DNA of 63,175 nt, filler included, from Folioceros fuciformis (lineage: Eukaryota): assembly GCA_049999805.1 (NCBI GenBank). It is 15 parts of 15 records of this genome, joined end to end, with 100 filler letters (N's around TTAATTAATTAA, not from the genome) between each part and the next. Parts side by side here need not be neighbours in the genome. Positions count along the whole stretch, not along the records: positions 23,222 to 28,487 come from JBNGIO010000589.1; positions 28,588 to 31,985 come from JBNGIO010000590.1; positions 32,086 to 36,066 come from JBNGIO010000591.1; positions 36,167 to 40,615 come from JBNGIO010000592.1; 11 more parts are not named here. One strand, written 5' to 3'. Below are positions 25,136 through 37,787 of this stretch, in pieces. The notes beneath the pieces were generated by a model that saw only the letters and a program-made list of their open reading frames with translations, searched no databases and had not been told where the DNA came from. How positions within the stretch are numbered: position 1 is the first letter of the stretch; the number at the start of each line of letters is the position of its first letter. The position numbers were made by a program, and so were the translations under genes.

Positions 25136-28100
25136 TGTTGAAATAGCACCACTAGCTTAGATGGACTCCACAGTACATTCCTTATGGTGCACAGGATGCT
25201 ACATATATAGCCTTTAGGCAGGGCAACCCTCGATAAGGTAAGCCTTAGTCTCGAGGGTGCAATATCCTGGTATATCCTAATATATCCTGATAACACTTAG
25301 GTGGTAGATAACTATGAGTTCAATATGGGATAATCTACACTATCCTAAGTGTTGTATGCTCTTAATAACAATTCAGTTAGAGCTTGATTTCTAACATTCC
25401 CCCTCAAGCTCAGACTATTTGTAACACTCCAAGTAGTTCATGAAAGTGTAAGAACTTATCTCTACCTAGCGACTTAGTACAGATATCTGCTATCTAGTCT
25501 TCGGTCTTTACGTGCCGAAGATCTATCTTCTCAGATAATACCACTTCCCTGATGAAATGATAATGTACTTCTATGTGCTTCAAACAAGCATGAAACACAA
25601 GATTAGTAGCTAGCCTCATGCTACTCATTTTGTCACAGTAGATTGTGACCTTGCTGTTCACTATATTTCCAAGATCATGTAGAAACTTCTGCAACCAAGC
25701 TGCTTCACAGGCTACCATTGCAGCTCCCCGATACTCTGCTTCTGTGCTTGACAAAGCAACTGTCGGTTGTTTCTTGCTTTGCCAGCCGATCATACTACTT
25801 CCCAGACTGAATGCACATCCATTGGTTGATCTTCTGTCACACGCACAACCAGCCTAATCAGCATTTGTATATCCTGTCAATTCAAGATGCTTTCTATGCT
25901 CATAGAGCAATCCAAACTCAGTAGTTCCTTTCACATATCTCATGATTCTTCTAGCTGCATCCAAGTGCGGTTTCCTTGGGTTTTACATGAATTGACTAAT
26001 CAGTCCTACTGCATGACTTAAGTCAGGACGTGTGATAGTCAAGTAGATCAAACTTCCGACCATCTATCGATACATGGTCACATTTTCCAGCTCAGTTCCT
26101 ACATCCATTTGCAGCTTGACGTTCTGCTCCAATGGTGTATCCATCGCTTTGCAATATGCGATGCCATACTTCTGCAGCATATCCTTAGCATATTGTTTTT
26201 GCATTAGCCAGATTCCTTGAGGTGTAGACACAACCTCAATTCCTAAGAAGTATCTGAGTTCACCAAGATCCTTCACCTTGAACTCTTTTTGCATATTTGC
26301 CTTGACATCTACAATACCATCCGCATCATCTCCTGTGATGATCAAGTCGTCAACATAAACAACAAGACATACTTGTCCTACCTTGGTCTGTTTTACAAAC
26401 AGACTGTGATCTGCGTCTCCAATCACAAACCCTCGTTCCTTCAAATAGCTTGTGATACGAGCATTCCATGCTCTAGGTGCCTGTTTGAGTCCATACAATG
26501 CCTTCTTCAGTTTGCATACGTACGTTGGAAACTTAGGATGAACATAGCCTTCAGGCTGTTCCACATACACTTCCTCCTTCAACTCACCATTCAAGAAAGC
26601 ATTCTTGACATCCATTTGCCATAAATTTCATCGTTTAGCTGCTGCTAATGCTATGACTGTTCTTACAGTTGTCATCTTGGCTACTGGACTAAAGGTTTCC
26701 TCATAATCAAGACCATACTGTTGTGCATATCCCTTTGCAGCCAACCTAGCCTTGTTACGCTCCAGCGTTCCATCTGACTTGAACTTCAGCTTGTACACCC
26801 ACTTAGAACGAATAGGAACCTTGTCATCAAGCAATTGAACCAAATCCCACGTTTCGTTCTCAACTAATGTTGAGTATTCTTCATCCATGGCTTGACACCA
26901 CTTATCATCTATCACTGCCTCAGCAAACTTGAATGGCTCCTTACAAGCTGTGACCCTTTTCATATATGCATAATGTTGCGCATTGTAGCTTGTATAGGTG
27001 TACCTGTCAATGGGTTTCCTAACCCTCTCAGATCTCCTTGGTCTTGGTTCAGTTTGAACCCGCCTTGCATATCGTTGTTCCTTAGCACCTGGCGTTTCCA
27101 CAGACGAAATGCCAAACTCATTGTCAATGCTCTTACTACTTGAGGATTCATATCCCTCATTTCCAGTTTTGCTGCTTTCTACTCTCCCCCTCACTGACAT
27201 GTCCAGGTCAGTGGTCTTGGGTTTACAATTCTGCAGTCTTTCAGACCATGGATTCACCGTTGGTGATCCACCATTGGTCACATCCTCACTCTTTACTAGA
27301 ATACTCTTGACAGTGCTCTCCCCGATGGGTGCATCATAGGGTAGTGCAAGTGAGTTGCTATACCAGGAGGCTAACTCATCAAATACGACATCCCTGCTTA
27401 TTAGGATCTTATGTGTGGATGACACATAGCACTTATATGCCTTCCTATTTCGTGCATACCCCAGAAAAACACTCTTTACTGCTTTAGGATCCAGCATCCT
27501 ACACCTCTCATGAGGTACATGCACATATGCAATGCACCCAAACACTTTCAAGTGCCTAATATTCGGCTTATAGCCATACAGTCTCTCAATTGGTGTAGCA
27601 TCATGAATTCTCGTCGTAGGAGTTCGATTTAGTACATACACTGCTATCATCATTGCTTCTGCCCAATAATCATTAGGTAAGCACTTCTCATTCAGCATTG
27701 CCCTTGCGGTTTCCATGACTACCCTAATCTTCCTCTTTGCAACACCATTCTGCTGTGGTGTGTATGTGCAAGTCAACTATCTTTGTTTACCATGATCTGC
27801 AAAATACCTGTCAAACTCATTTGAGACATATTCTCCCCCTCCATGTGATCTTAGACAAGAGATGGAGCAACTGAATTCATTTTCAGCATGCTCTTTGAAG
27901 TCCTTGAAAGACTCGAACACTTCATCCTTATGCTTCAATATGTACAACCACGTGTACCTGCTGAAATCATCATTGAAGGAGACATAGTAGTGGGCTCCTC
28001 CAAACGATGCATTCTGTGAAGGACCCTATACATCAGAGTGTATCAATTGCAAAGGTCTCGAGCTGTTCTGCACGTGTCGCACAAATGGAAACCATGATTG

Positions 28101-28359
28101 TTTTCCAAATTGACATGCATAACACACATGACCAAGATCAGCATACTTGAACTTGGGCAATCCTTCCACCACGCTTTTCTGTTGCATAGATTTTAGCTCC
28201 TCTATGTTCACATGCCCAATCCTCTTATGCCATATTTCAACATCACGTATGGCACCTGCATCATTTGTAAACATTGCTACATTTAGCTCTAGAATGGATG
28301 CATCCAGAGTGAACATTCGTCCATTCCTACTACCTTTAGCAATTAGTTTGCGCCCTCTG
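25136..28359 (-). mobile_element. Ty1/Copia element 3' two-thirds: GAG-pre-integrase, rve, RT, RNase H, PPT, 3' LTR ~25396-25136
   Basis: [72 protein letters not shown]...AACA. Confidence 0.95.
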
Positions 28360-28487
28360 TGTGGAGGCAAAACCCCGGGCACTGATTGCCGACGGGTCCC
28401 ACCTTTAGTGGCCACACTTATCCCACTGTCGTTGAGACATTGGGTTTCGTTCCCACGAAGGAGCGATGGGGTTCCTTGCTGCTGTGG
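28360..28487. repeat. Terminus of LTR-like repeat family B (TGTGGAGGCAAAACCCCGGG...) interrupting a Copia element
   Basis: Near-identical to 31083-31210 and to the reverse copies 28588-28735 and 52540-52661. Confidence 0.85.
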
Positions 28488-28587
28488 NNNNNNNNNNNNN
28501 NNNNNNNNNNNNNNNNNNNNNNNNNNNNNNNTTAATTAATTAANNNNNNNNNNNNNNNNNNNNNNNNNNNNNNNNNNNNNNNNNNNN

Positions 28588-28735
28588 GATCAAGTCCGAC
28601 CCTCCATCCACAGCAGCAAGGAACCCCATCGCTCCTTCGTGGGAACGAAACCCAATGTCTCAACGACAGTGGGATAAGTGTGGCCACTAAAGGTGGAACC
28701 CGTCGGCAATCAGTGCCCGGGGTTTTGCCTCCACA
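28588..28735. repeat. Terminus of LTR-like repeat family B, opposite orientation
   Basis: Reverse complement of 31083-31230; ends ...GCCTCCACA. Confidence 0.85.
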
Positions 28736-28803
28736 CACAGCTAGCCCAGGCATATGCTGTTGCACAAGCAGGAGCAGCACTCGCACACCAAGCTATAGGA
28801 AAC

Positions 28804-31082
28804 ATGGCATAGCAACCACCTCAGACTGTCACAAACAACACAACCACGGTCAATAATATAAAAATCGACTTTAAGGAGAGAGATAGATTTAATGGGACCC
28901 AGTTGGACATCTGGGCACTAAGGGTTCAAACCATTTTGAGAGAGCATGATCTCTAGGGCATCGTGACGGGCACAGTGCCCAAGCCTCCGCAACGAGCAGC
29001 TCAAGCGGACATAAATGCTTGGGCAAAGCTGGACCTTCGAGCTTTGGGCATCATTCAGTCAGCCCTGGACAGGTCTATGATGCACCATACTCAAGACGGA
29101 GACACAACCAAGGATGTGTGGGATTCCCTGAACCAGATTTATAGAGTGTCGAACGGGTCCTCGATGGTGAGTGCTACTCGTGCCTTCTACAACTGCAAGA
29201 TGAAGGAGCACGAGTTAGTAGAGCAACACGTAATCAAATTCAGGATGCTAAGGTCGAAACTCACCTCTAGTGGGACTGCAACAACGGAGATGCAGGCTAC
29301 AATAGCCCTGCTCCTCTCCCTGCCGGACAGCAATCGAGTATTTGTGAGCAACCACTACACGCACATGCGAAATGTGGCCCAGGCCACACTTGCAAGACAT
29401 ACACCTGCAATCTCCCTCTCTGACCTGATTGGAGCCCTCTTGGAGGAAGAATCCACGAGGATCGCAAGCAGGGGTGGTACCTCCTCTAGAGGAGAGACCT
29501 CAAACAAAGTTCTCTACACTAATAGAGGCTCAAAGAGGCAGCCACCACGTTAGGGTGGACAGTACCACAATGCTGGAGGCAGTGGGAGTTTCAAGCGTCA
29601 CCCACCAACAACTGCTAACAAGAAAAAGGGCCCCTGCAATTGGTGCCTCATCCCAAGGCACTAGGAGGCAGAGTGCAGGAAAAAGAAGGCAGGAGATCCC
29701 TGCCGTACAGTCCCACCAGAAGCTAACATGGCATTCAGAAAGCCTAGCACAGTTCTAGCAGTCTATATGGTTTCTACACCACAGTACAGGCATGCGTGGT
29801 ACCTTGACTCGGGTGCGTCATCACACATCTGCCACACACAGTCTGCATTTTTTGAGTATAGAAAAGTCCCAAAGGGTCAGGTCGTACTGCTTGGTGACGA
29901 TCGTGGCCTGCCAATTGTAGGAATAGGCAAGGTCCCTATCCTGTCGACGAGTGGAAGGGTTGAAACCTTGCTAGAGGTCCTGCACGTATCAGCCCTGGTT
30001 AAAAACCTGGTGTCAGTCTACCTGCTAGACACACAGCACAAGCTAAGCACCATGTTTGCAAATAGCCAGTGCCACGTAGTTGACCGGGGAAACAAAGGAG
30101 AAATGTTTGCAATAGGGACTCCAATACACAACCTATACAAGGTGGACATCCACCGTGCTCCCTACAAAGACACCAATCCTACTCGTGCTACCAAGCTCTT
30201 GGAGCTGGTACACACAGACCTGTGTGGACCCATGTCCACAACATCACTTGGCGGAGCAAGGTACTTTCTGTCTTTCATAGATGACTGGAGCTGATACATT
30301 GTTGTGTACCCTATCAAACAGAAGAGCCAAACTCTGGAATGCTTCATGGAGTTTGTGACGTTTGCACAAAGGCAAACAGGTGAGTTGCTGAAAACCTTGA
30401 GGAATGATAACGGGGGCGAGTACACCACGGATGCCTTCGCCAGCTTCTGCAAGGGATAAGGCATAGCCAGGCAGCTGACTACCCCATATACGTCTGCACA
30501 GAATCCCATAGCAGAAAGCAGTTTTCGGCACACACAAGAATCAGCAAAAACGATGCTCCAGCAAGCATGTCTTCCACGAGGATACTGGGCTGAAGCAGTA
30601 TGTACGGCAGTGTACATCAGGAACAGAGTTCCTACCAGTGTGTTCACAGGAGCAACTCCATATGAGCGCTGGACAACCCACAAGCCACGTATCAATCACC
30701 TCAGGATTTTCGGTGCACCAGCATATGCACACATGTCTGAGGACCAGAGAGTCAAGCTCGACTATAAGGCACGAAAGTACGTGTTTGTGGGTTACACCGA
30801 AGGAATTAAGGGGTACAAATTGATGGACCCGAGCACCAGAAGTATCACTCATTGCCAAAGTGTGGTGTTCGATGAGCTTTCCCTGCTCACACCCCAACCT
30901 GACCTCCCAGAGCTGGTCCCTGAACAAGAAGCATCAACAAATGAGACTTCTGAAGGGGAAAGTAGTGAGGAAACATATCAACAAACAAGTACTACAACAC
31001 ACTATGCTCATGTGCTTGCAGTTACAATCGACCAAACAGGAAGTGTCTTTCCAAATGACGAGGATGGGGAAACCATAGGTGA
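28804..31082 (+). mobile_element. Ty1/Copia 5' half: gag, zinc knuckle, protease, integrase lacking its HHCC domain
   Basis: LLLSLPDS, GPCNWC, WYLDSGASSHIC, LVHTDLCGPM, YWAEAVCTAVYIRNR, VFVGYTEGIKGY; similar to the element at 4630-5420. Confidence 0.95.
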
Positions 31083-31985
31083 TGTGGAGGCAAAACCCCG
31101 GGCACTGATTGCTGACGGGTTCCACCTTTAGTGGCCACACTAGTCCCACTGTCGTTGAGACATTGGGTTCCGTTCCCACGAAGGAGCGATGGGGTTCCTT
31201 GCTGCTATGGATGGAGGGTCGGACTCAATCGACTCGATGATGCATTCGAGGGCTCCCCTCCAGCTCCGATCAGGCGTAGGACAGGCCTCGCTGTCCAGTG
31301 GTCAGCTGCACCTCTCTCGGTGCCCACAAACTCACTCCAATCACTACAACGACCCTAACCTTTCAGATCTGCGACTTCCCTCACTCACTTCACTCGCTTC
31401 ACTCGCTCTCTCACTCCAGCACCAACACCAGCAACTAACAACGACAACACTACCTTCTACACTTCCCTACTGACTCCTCCTACTCGGCAAGAGTCACTAG
31501 ACTAACCCCAAAGAAAAGAAAGAAGGGAACACACTCCCCTCTCGGATATCTCCTCCCCACAACCTTACCAGACGCCATGAAACATGGCCGGCCTACAGCA
31601 CTTGTCCAAACAGGGAACAAGAGTGGACAGGTCGAGAGAAAGACACATCCTTTACAATCAAGAGCTAGGAGCAAGCTCCTTCACCCTGGTCATTACACCT
31701 TGTGATCCTACTAGACACCGTACAACCGACAACACACAGCTTGCGATCCTACCATACGTTGCATAGCCAGCAACACACTGCAGGTCCTAAACCAAGCAGG
31801 GACAGACCACAAGAGCTCATGAAGAGAGTACCTCCAAGAGCTCACGAAGTGACAGTCTGACTCCCAAAGTGAATGACTGCCTCCTCCTATAGGCTCACCT
31901 GATCTTATAGGAGCCTCTCTCTCTCTGACTTCATCTCTCTCTAACTTGACAAATATTATTTTAATAGGACCACTAGCCTAGCCGG
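31083..31985 (-). repeat. Longest copy (>900 bp) of LTR-like family B, inserted in the Copia element; a diverged relative lies at ~42130-42470 (+)
   Basis: Sharp junction inside Copia pol; TATA-like CTATAAGAT on the minus strand near 31905; ends ...CCTCCACA on the minus strand. Confidence 0.75.
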
Positions 31986-32085
31986 NNNNNNNNNNNNNNN
32001 NNNNNNNNNNNNNNNNNNNNNNNNNNNNNTTAATTAATTAANNNNNNNNNNNNNNNNNNNNNNNNNNNNNNNNNNNNNNNNNNNN

Positions 32086-33617
32086 GTTGACTGTAATTTG
32101 GTGGTGTCCAGATGGACACCGAGTGCATACCTGGTGAATTTGGTGAAGTTGGGAGTTCCTTCAGAGTCAGTAGATGTGTGGGAAGACAAGAATACATTGG
32201 AGAGGGTGATGACGGGTGGCAATCATGAGACGTTAACGGTGAGGGAGAATGATAGAGTGACAAAACGAAGTAGGAGATATGTATGGGTTGACAATAAGTT
32301 ATTGTTTAAGGATAACATGACAGTGGTACCAAGACCGGAAGAAAGAATGAATTTGGCAAAAAAGATTCATGTAGAGTTAGACATTTTGGTACAAAAAGAA
32401 CATTGAGTATACTCATGAATAGTTATTATTGGTAAGGAATGATAGAGGTAGTTGAGAAGGTGGTGTCTACTTGTGAGGTTTGTGATAGGGTGAAAGCAAG
32501 TTTTTCAGGCAAAACTTCTTAGCTTCATCCAATGCCTATTAGGGGATGTTTTATAGGTGGAGTTTGGATTTGGCTGGAGAGTTACCAGTCACGCGTAGAG
32601 GTTTTAAGTATGTGTTGGTAATGATAGAACATTTCTCTAAGTGGATAGGTTTGGTGCCTTTGAGAGAGAAGAAGTCACATGACATTAAGGAAGCATTTCT
32701 TAATCCTGTGTTAAGTGTTTTTGGGGCTTGTGCAAAAGTTTTGACAGATCAGGGTACTGAATTTATGGGAGATTTTGATGAATTTTTAAATGAGTATCTT
32801 ATTGATCATAGGGTAACTTCAAGGAATCACCCGGAGGCTGATGGTTTGGCAGAAAGAATGGTACAGACATGTAAGAGTGCTTTAAGGAAATATTGTTTGG
32901 TAATGGACAAGAGTGAGTGGGATAGGATGTTGCCATTTCTTGCGATGGGTTATAGGATGAGTAGGCAAGCATCACTAGGAAAGTTTTCACCATACATGTT
33001 GTTGTTTGGGCGTAGACCACAGTTATCCGCGATGTTAGAGGACAAGGTGAATACTATAGTGGATTTGGATGATCCTAATAAGTGGTTAAAGATAGTCACA
33101 TATAGAGCGGAGTTGTTTAGGAGAATAATGCCTATGGCAATAGATAATCTATGAATAGCTCAACATAGAGATGAGTTGAGGTACAGGAAAACAAGGAGTG
33201 GGCATTTCAGGCCTAAGGTGAAGAAGTTTGAAGTTGGAGATTATATATATTTGCAAAGGAAGACAATGACAACAATTGATACAAGTGCAAGTAGAATAAT
33301 ATTAAGGGTGAGAAGTGTGAAGTTGAATGGAATTTTGGAGTTGGAGGGAAAGGATGGTACAACTTGTTTGGAACACATGAAAAATTGAGCACCATGTCAT
33401 TTACCTCACTTGAACCCAATAATTGATGTGCAAGCTTTTGTGCCGAGGAAGGGATTTGCTTTGTACAGGTTGTGGAGAGTCTAGAGGTGATCATTACATG
33501 TTGTTGTGCGATAGGTGCAATGATGGGTGGTATACTTTTTGTTTAGAGCCTCCACTAGAAGCAATGCCTGATGGGCAATGGTTTTGTCCAATGTGTGTAG
33601 CTGTTAATACATCGTGA
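32086..33617 (+). mobile_element. Ty3/Gypsy integrase (H2C2 zinc finger, rve, SH3-like region) with C-terminal PHD finger; pseudogenised
   Basis: CEVC, WSLDLAG, VLTDQGTEF, HPEADGLAERMV, then CTGC...LLCDRCNDGWYTFCLEPPLEAMPDGQWFCPMC. Confidence 0.92.
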
Positions 33618-33708
33618 GGGGCAGTGTGGTCAGCATGTATGAATTTTGATGTAAAGTTTGTTAATTTATCTTACCAACGAAAGATGGTCAGCAGATTAAG
33701 GGGGGGAG

Positions 33709-34171
33709 TGATGGTATCATAGCAAGGGAGGAGGAGTAGAGAAAAGTTACTCTTTTGTCGATCTTGTGTGCAGTAAACCACCAAAGAGTGGTAGGATGAC
33801 CAATAGCCTTGGTGTGCACGACGGGGAAGAAGCACCCAAGGGGAGGCATCCAAGAATCATAAGCGTGATCAGTGTACTCACATCGAGGGAGGAGGAGTAG
33901 AGGAAAGCTACTCCTTTCGTCGATCTCGTGTGTAGTAAACCACTAGAGAGTGGTAGGATGACCAGTAGCCTTGGTGTGCACAATGGAGAGGAAGCACTCA
34001 AGGGGAGGCATCTGTGTGCACTGTTGCAAGAATATACGCGTATATCATATAGGGGCTGGCCACCCCATATATACATGAATGCATGCTAAATATATATAGA
34101 ATATATATGTGTTTAAAGATGTCTAGGGTTATGTTCAGATGTTGAAGGGCAAGACTTCTTGAAGCACGACA
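33709..34171 (+). repeat. 3' LTR of the PHD-Gypsy element, with an internal ~125-bp direct duplication
   Basis: PPT AAGGGGGGGAG directly before TG at 33709; ends GCACGACA; homologous to 51600-51936 (minus). Confidence 0.8.
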
Positions 34172-34541
34172 GCGTTCACTACTGTGCTTGACGCATCAAG
34201 AGTCCACTCACCATTTGTGGTATAGGAAGTCACATGTGCACATTCTTCCACACTCTTTAGTAATCACATAGAATGACAAAGACACTGACAATAATTTGAG
34301 TTTGCAAGCGGCAATTGGTGGAGCCTGGATTGCAACACACTAAGTGGTGTAGGCAAACTCACTTGTGGCCCAGCGGCATCTTCATGGATGTCATTTAGAG
34401 AGCAAGAAAAGCTGTCAAAATCTTCAAGTTTTGGTGAAGGTAGATCGATGCGATCCAGGTTGGACATTTGCACTCGCTATTGCTTTTGCTTTTAGAAGTA
34501 ATTGGACAGAGCACAATGGTTCAAACGACTTTTGTAGAAAC

Positions 34542-34587
34542 CAATCGGGAAGGGGGGGATTTCACAAAATCCCCCCCTTCCTGATTG
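34542..34587. repeat. Inverted repeat with 21-bp arms and 4-nt loop
   Basis: CAATCGGGAAGGGGGGGATTT-CACA-AAATCCCCCCCTTCCTGATTG, one G-T mismatch. Confidence 0.9.
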
Positions 34588-34975
34588 CAATGAGAATGGC
34601 TGGAACCACTTGTGATGTGTGTGCTGGAACCATGCTTCCTAGTGACTGTCCCCGTGCTCGGTGCAAAAACCAGGCGTGCATGTAAGGTGCTACTGGCGGG
34701 TTGCTGTCCTACATCTGAGCCGTGGTCTGCATTTCCCTTATTGCCCCTCATTTGCGTGACATTAAGATAGTGGCAACTTCAAGCATGCTGAATTCCCGCT
34801 CATTTGAGAAGATTCAGTAGTCACAGCACCAAATTGCCAGCTAGTGGCACCGTTTAATGTTGGGCTAGACACTTGCTGCCATTATTGTCTAGTTTTCAAA
34901 CTCAAGGCAAGTCCCTTAGTGTATGGAACAAATGGCAAATGGAATGGAGGTTCAATGCTATTGTGATCGAGTGTT

Positions 34976-35062
34976 AACAGAACCTGGGGGGCACACATGC
35001 CCCATTGTGACAGCCCTTAAGGGCTGTCACAACAAGGCAGGTGTGCCCCTAGGTTTGTGTTG
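34976..35062. repeat. Palindrome: perfect 28-bp core (35005-35032) with imperfect extended arms
   Basis: TTGTGACAGCCCTTAAGGGCTGTCACAA flanked by GGGGCACAC and GTGTGCCCC. Confidence 0.9.
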
Positions 35063-37787
35063 TCCACAAGATGTAGCGGCATGCGGTGTGAATGCGAGAC
35101 GCACTCCATTACCTGCAATCGAGTAAAGCTCCATCCATTACACAATTGTGACTGAGGCCGTGTGTGGTTGTGCAAAAGTTGCATTTCTCTAGATTTGCCA
35201 CTTGATCCTCGTTGAGACTAGTAAATGTAAACATCCCGCTTTGCTTCAAGGTGTGAGTCCTTAGCCTGCTACACGTCCTCGAAGTCAAAAGGAATGCCGA
35301 CGGTGGGGGGCTAGAGACAGAGCCTCCAACTGAGCTGAGTCTGCCATGGGCTTGAGGTGGGCGGCCAGAGAAGTGAGACGACTCGCTTGAGCTGCATTTG
35401 AGGTCGGCGTGGGAATGAACTACCATGGCCCAACCTTGCAAGACATGACCCACCGCACATTCTTCAAGCAAATGTGGACATTGCGCGGATTTTGCCAAAC
35501 GGCTCCAAGCAGGAAGCCCTGTCTATCTGCAGGCAGGCAACCGTTGCAAGCAGGCGGACACGGCCAAGCGGCAGGCGAGGCGGATTCAGGAGGTCGGGAC
35601 CAGATTCCGTGGGCAGAACGGTCCATCCTGGAGCGTTCCTGCCCAAGGAATGGAGGGAAGGAGTCCGCGGTGTGGCGAGATGAGCAAGGAGCATTGGGAT
35701 TCTCAAATTGTAGGGGTGGTGTTGGTGGCTGCCCCGTTCATGTGGGAAAAGGGTGCCTGGTAGCAGCACTCAGGTGCGGACGGTGAGCTGGAATCGCTGC
35801 GGGGGTTTGTAGATTGAGGTGGATCGGGGAGTCGGCACCTCTGCCAAGCATCACGTGAGCCTGTGCTTGCAGTGCCGATGCCTTTGCTCCGGGCTGGCTT
35901 CGGTTCTACATCAGCAACAACAGCAGACGGGGCCTGGCGAGGGCCTTGTCTTGGTTAGGCCGGATGGGCAAGGGGGCGGCGTTGCGTCCAGGGAGCGTCC
36001 AGGCTGGCTGGCTAGCAAGCTCCAGGCGGCCTGGTCGGATCAGGCAGGCTGTCTGGCAGGCAGTCANNNNNNNNNNNNNNNNNNNNNNNNNNNNNNNNNN
36101 NNNNNNNNNNTTAATTAATTAANNNNNNNNNNNNNNNNNNNNNNNNNNNNNNNNNNNNNNNNNNNNTGACGTCTGCAAAACGCTTTCCTGCGCCTGCACC
36201 ACATGCCCTGAGACCCCAGCAACTTCATCCCTCGCCCACAATGTGGTGATCAGTAAGTGCTATCTGACATGATGGCCTTCATCCACTGCACCACGACTTC
36301 GAAATTACCTTCTCCTCTCGCATACGACAAGTGTACAAGGAACAGGAATCTCACAATCATATACAATGCATTGCAGGTTCCATGAATCTACATACAAGAT
36401 TGGGTGGAAAACAAATGGTTATGACACCTAGTGCTGGCACCACCTTCCTTGCAGCAGAACAATGCATAATATTATATACAAAGACGTCAGTCAACATCTG
36501 GGGTGACAGTCATGCACTGACATCATGCATATGCATGTCATCTCAGCAGTCTTGCCAACCTTCCGGCCCTGCGTGAAGCTCATTGCAGACAGAAACATGG
36601 AGAGTCAACGTGGTTCATCAGAGAGCCTTGTGTATGCAAGCCCAAGGGGGTTTCTCATTCACGACTCATGTCACGACTCAGTGAAACAACGGAATCATGT
36701 GGATGTGTTAACGATTCTACACTACAAGCATGATCGGCAAGCATCGTGTTACAGAGACAGGGCACCCTGCAGCTTCGAATTCTCAAGCATACACCACCGT
36801 CTGCATGCTACCTCGATTGGGACCCATGCACACACATGGAGAGGGAGTTCTGGGTGAGCTGTGGAAATGAGGGTGAGCCACAGACGGACGTGAGGTGCTT
36901 CTACACGTGTCCGGAATCCATCCCACACCTCCAGTGTAATCTGTCCCACACTCTTTCCAAACCAACGGGAACCAGAAATGCTCTGCCTACGACTTGAACC
37001 TGAACCACCTTACCACATCCGAGACTGAAGGTTTCGCCTCCTGCAACAGGCTGTGCTTGCCAGACACGTCATCTTGGAACACTCGCATCCTGCTGTGTAA
37101 GAAACGTATAGGTGCAGACACTCACCTTGTTTTGCATTGCTTTAGCCGTGCAATCAAATGTCTCCTCACCGGTGTCTGCGTTCGTGGCTCAGGATTGCTG
37201 TCACCTCAGGCCGTCACTCAAAGCAAGAACGCATTTGTCGCTTGTGCTTTTAGAGAGCTGGAAATTACCCAGTTCATCACAATCTCTCACTCGCGCCCAC
37301 ACACGGACCTCAAGATTTGTGCCCTGCATCTATTTGCTGTCGTCCTGCCACGAGAACAGTAACTGCTGTACAGTGTACGATGAAGCAACACGCAATCGAC
37401 TACCACTCATCCCATCATTTGCCTACACTTTGCTCCTGGGACAAATAAATAACAGGTGGAAATAGCAGGGGTCACCCTCTGAGCCTACCTCTAATTGAGC
37501 ATTTCTAAGCGTCGGCGAGTGGGGGACAGGCAGATGTGAGTTTACACTCCTGGCCCGTCCAACTAATGCTCTCTGCTAACATAATTCGTGTTTGTTTGTG
37601 GTGGAGATGGTTTCATTTGCCTGTAAGAAAGTAGGTCTTCACCTGTGAAACCTCTGGAATCGACTGAGCTCAGCGACAGTGCTTTGCGCGAGCACGAGTG
37701 GGCTTCCTCTTGTTTCCTCTTCTGTTCCTACCGATAGCTGCTGCCGAACAGTCGTGAAAAGCGATTTCTTGCTTGGACGGCTGCAGA

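Noticed and set aside
28360-28735. Apparent terminal inverted repeats of a DNA transposon spanning the gap
   Set aside because: No target-site duplication, and the two flanks are different Copia elements in opposite orientation; better explained as two contigs ending in the same repeat
34365-37465. Cys-rich short ORFs as a possible gene
   Set aside because: No coherent exon chain or recognisable domain could be built; left uncalled
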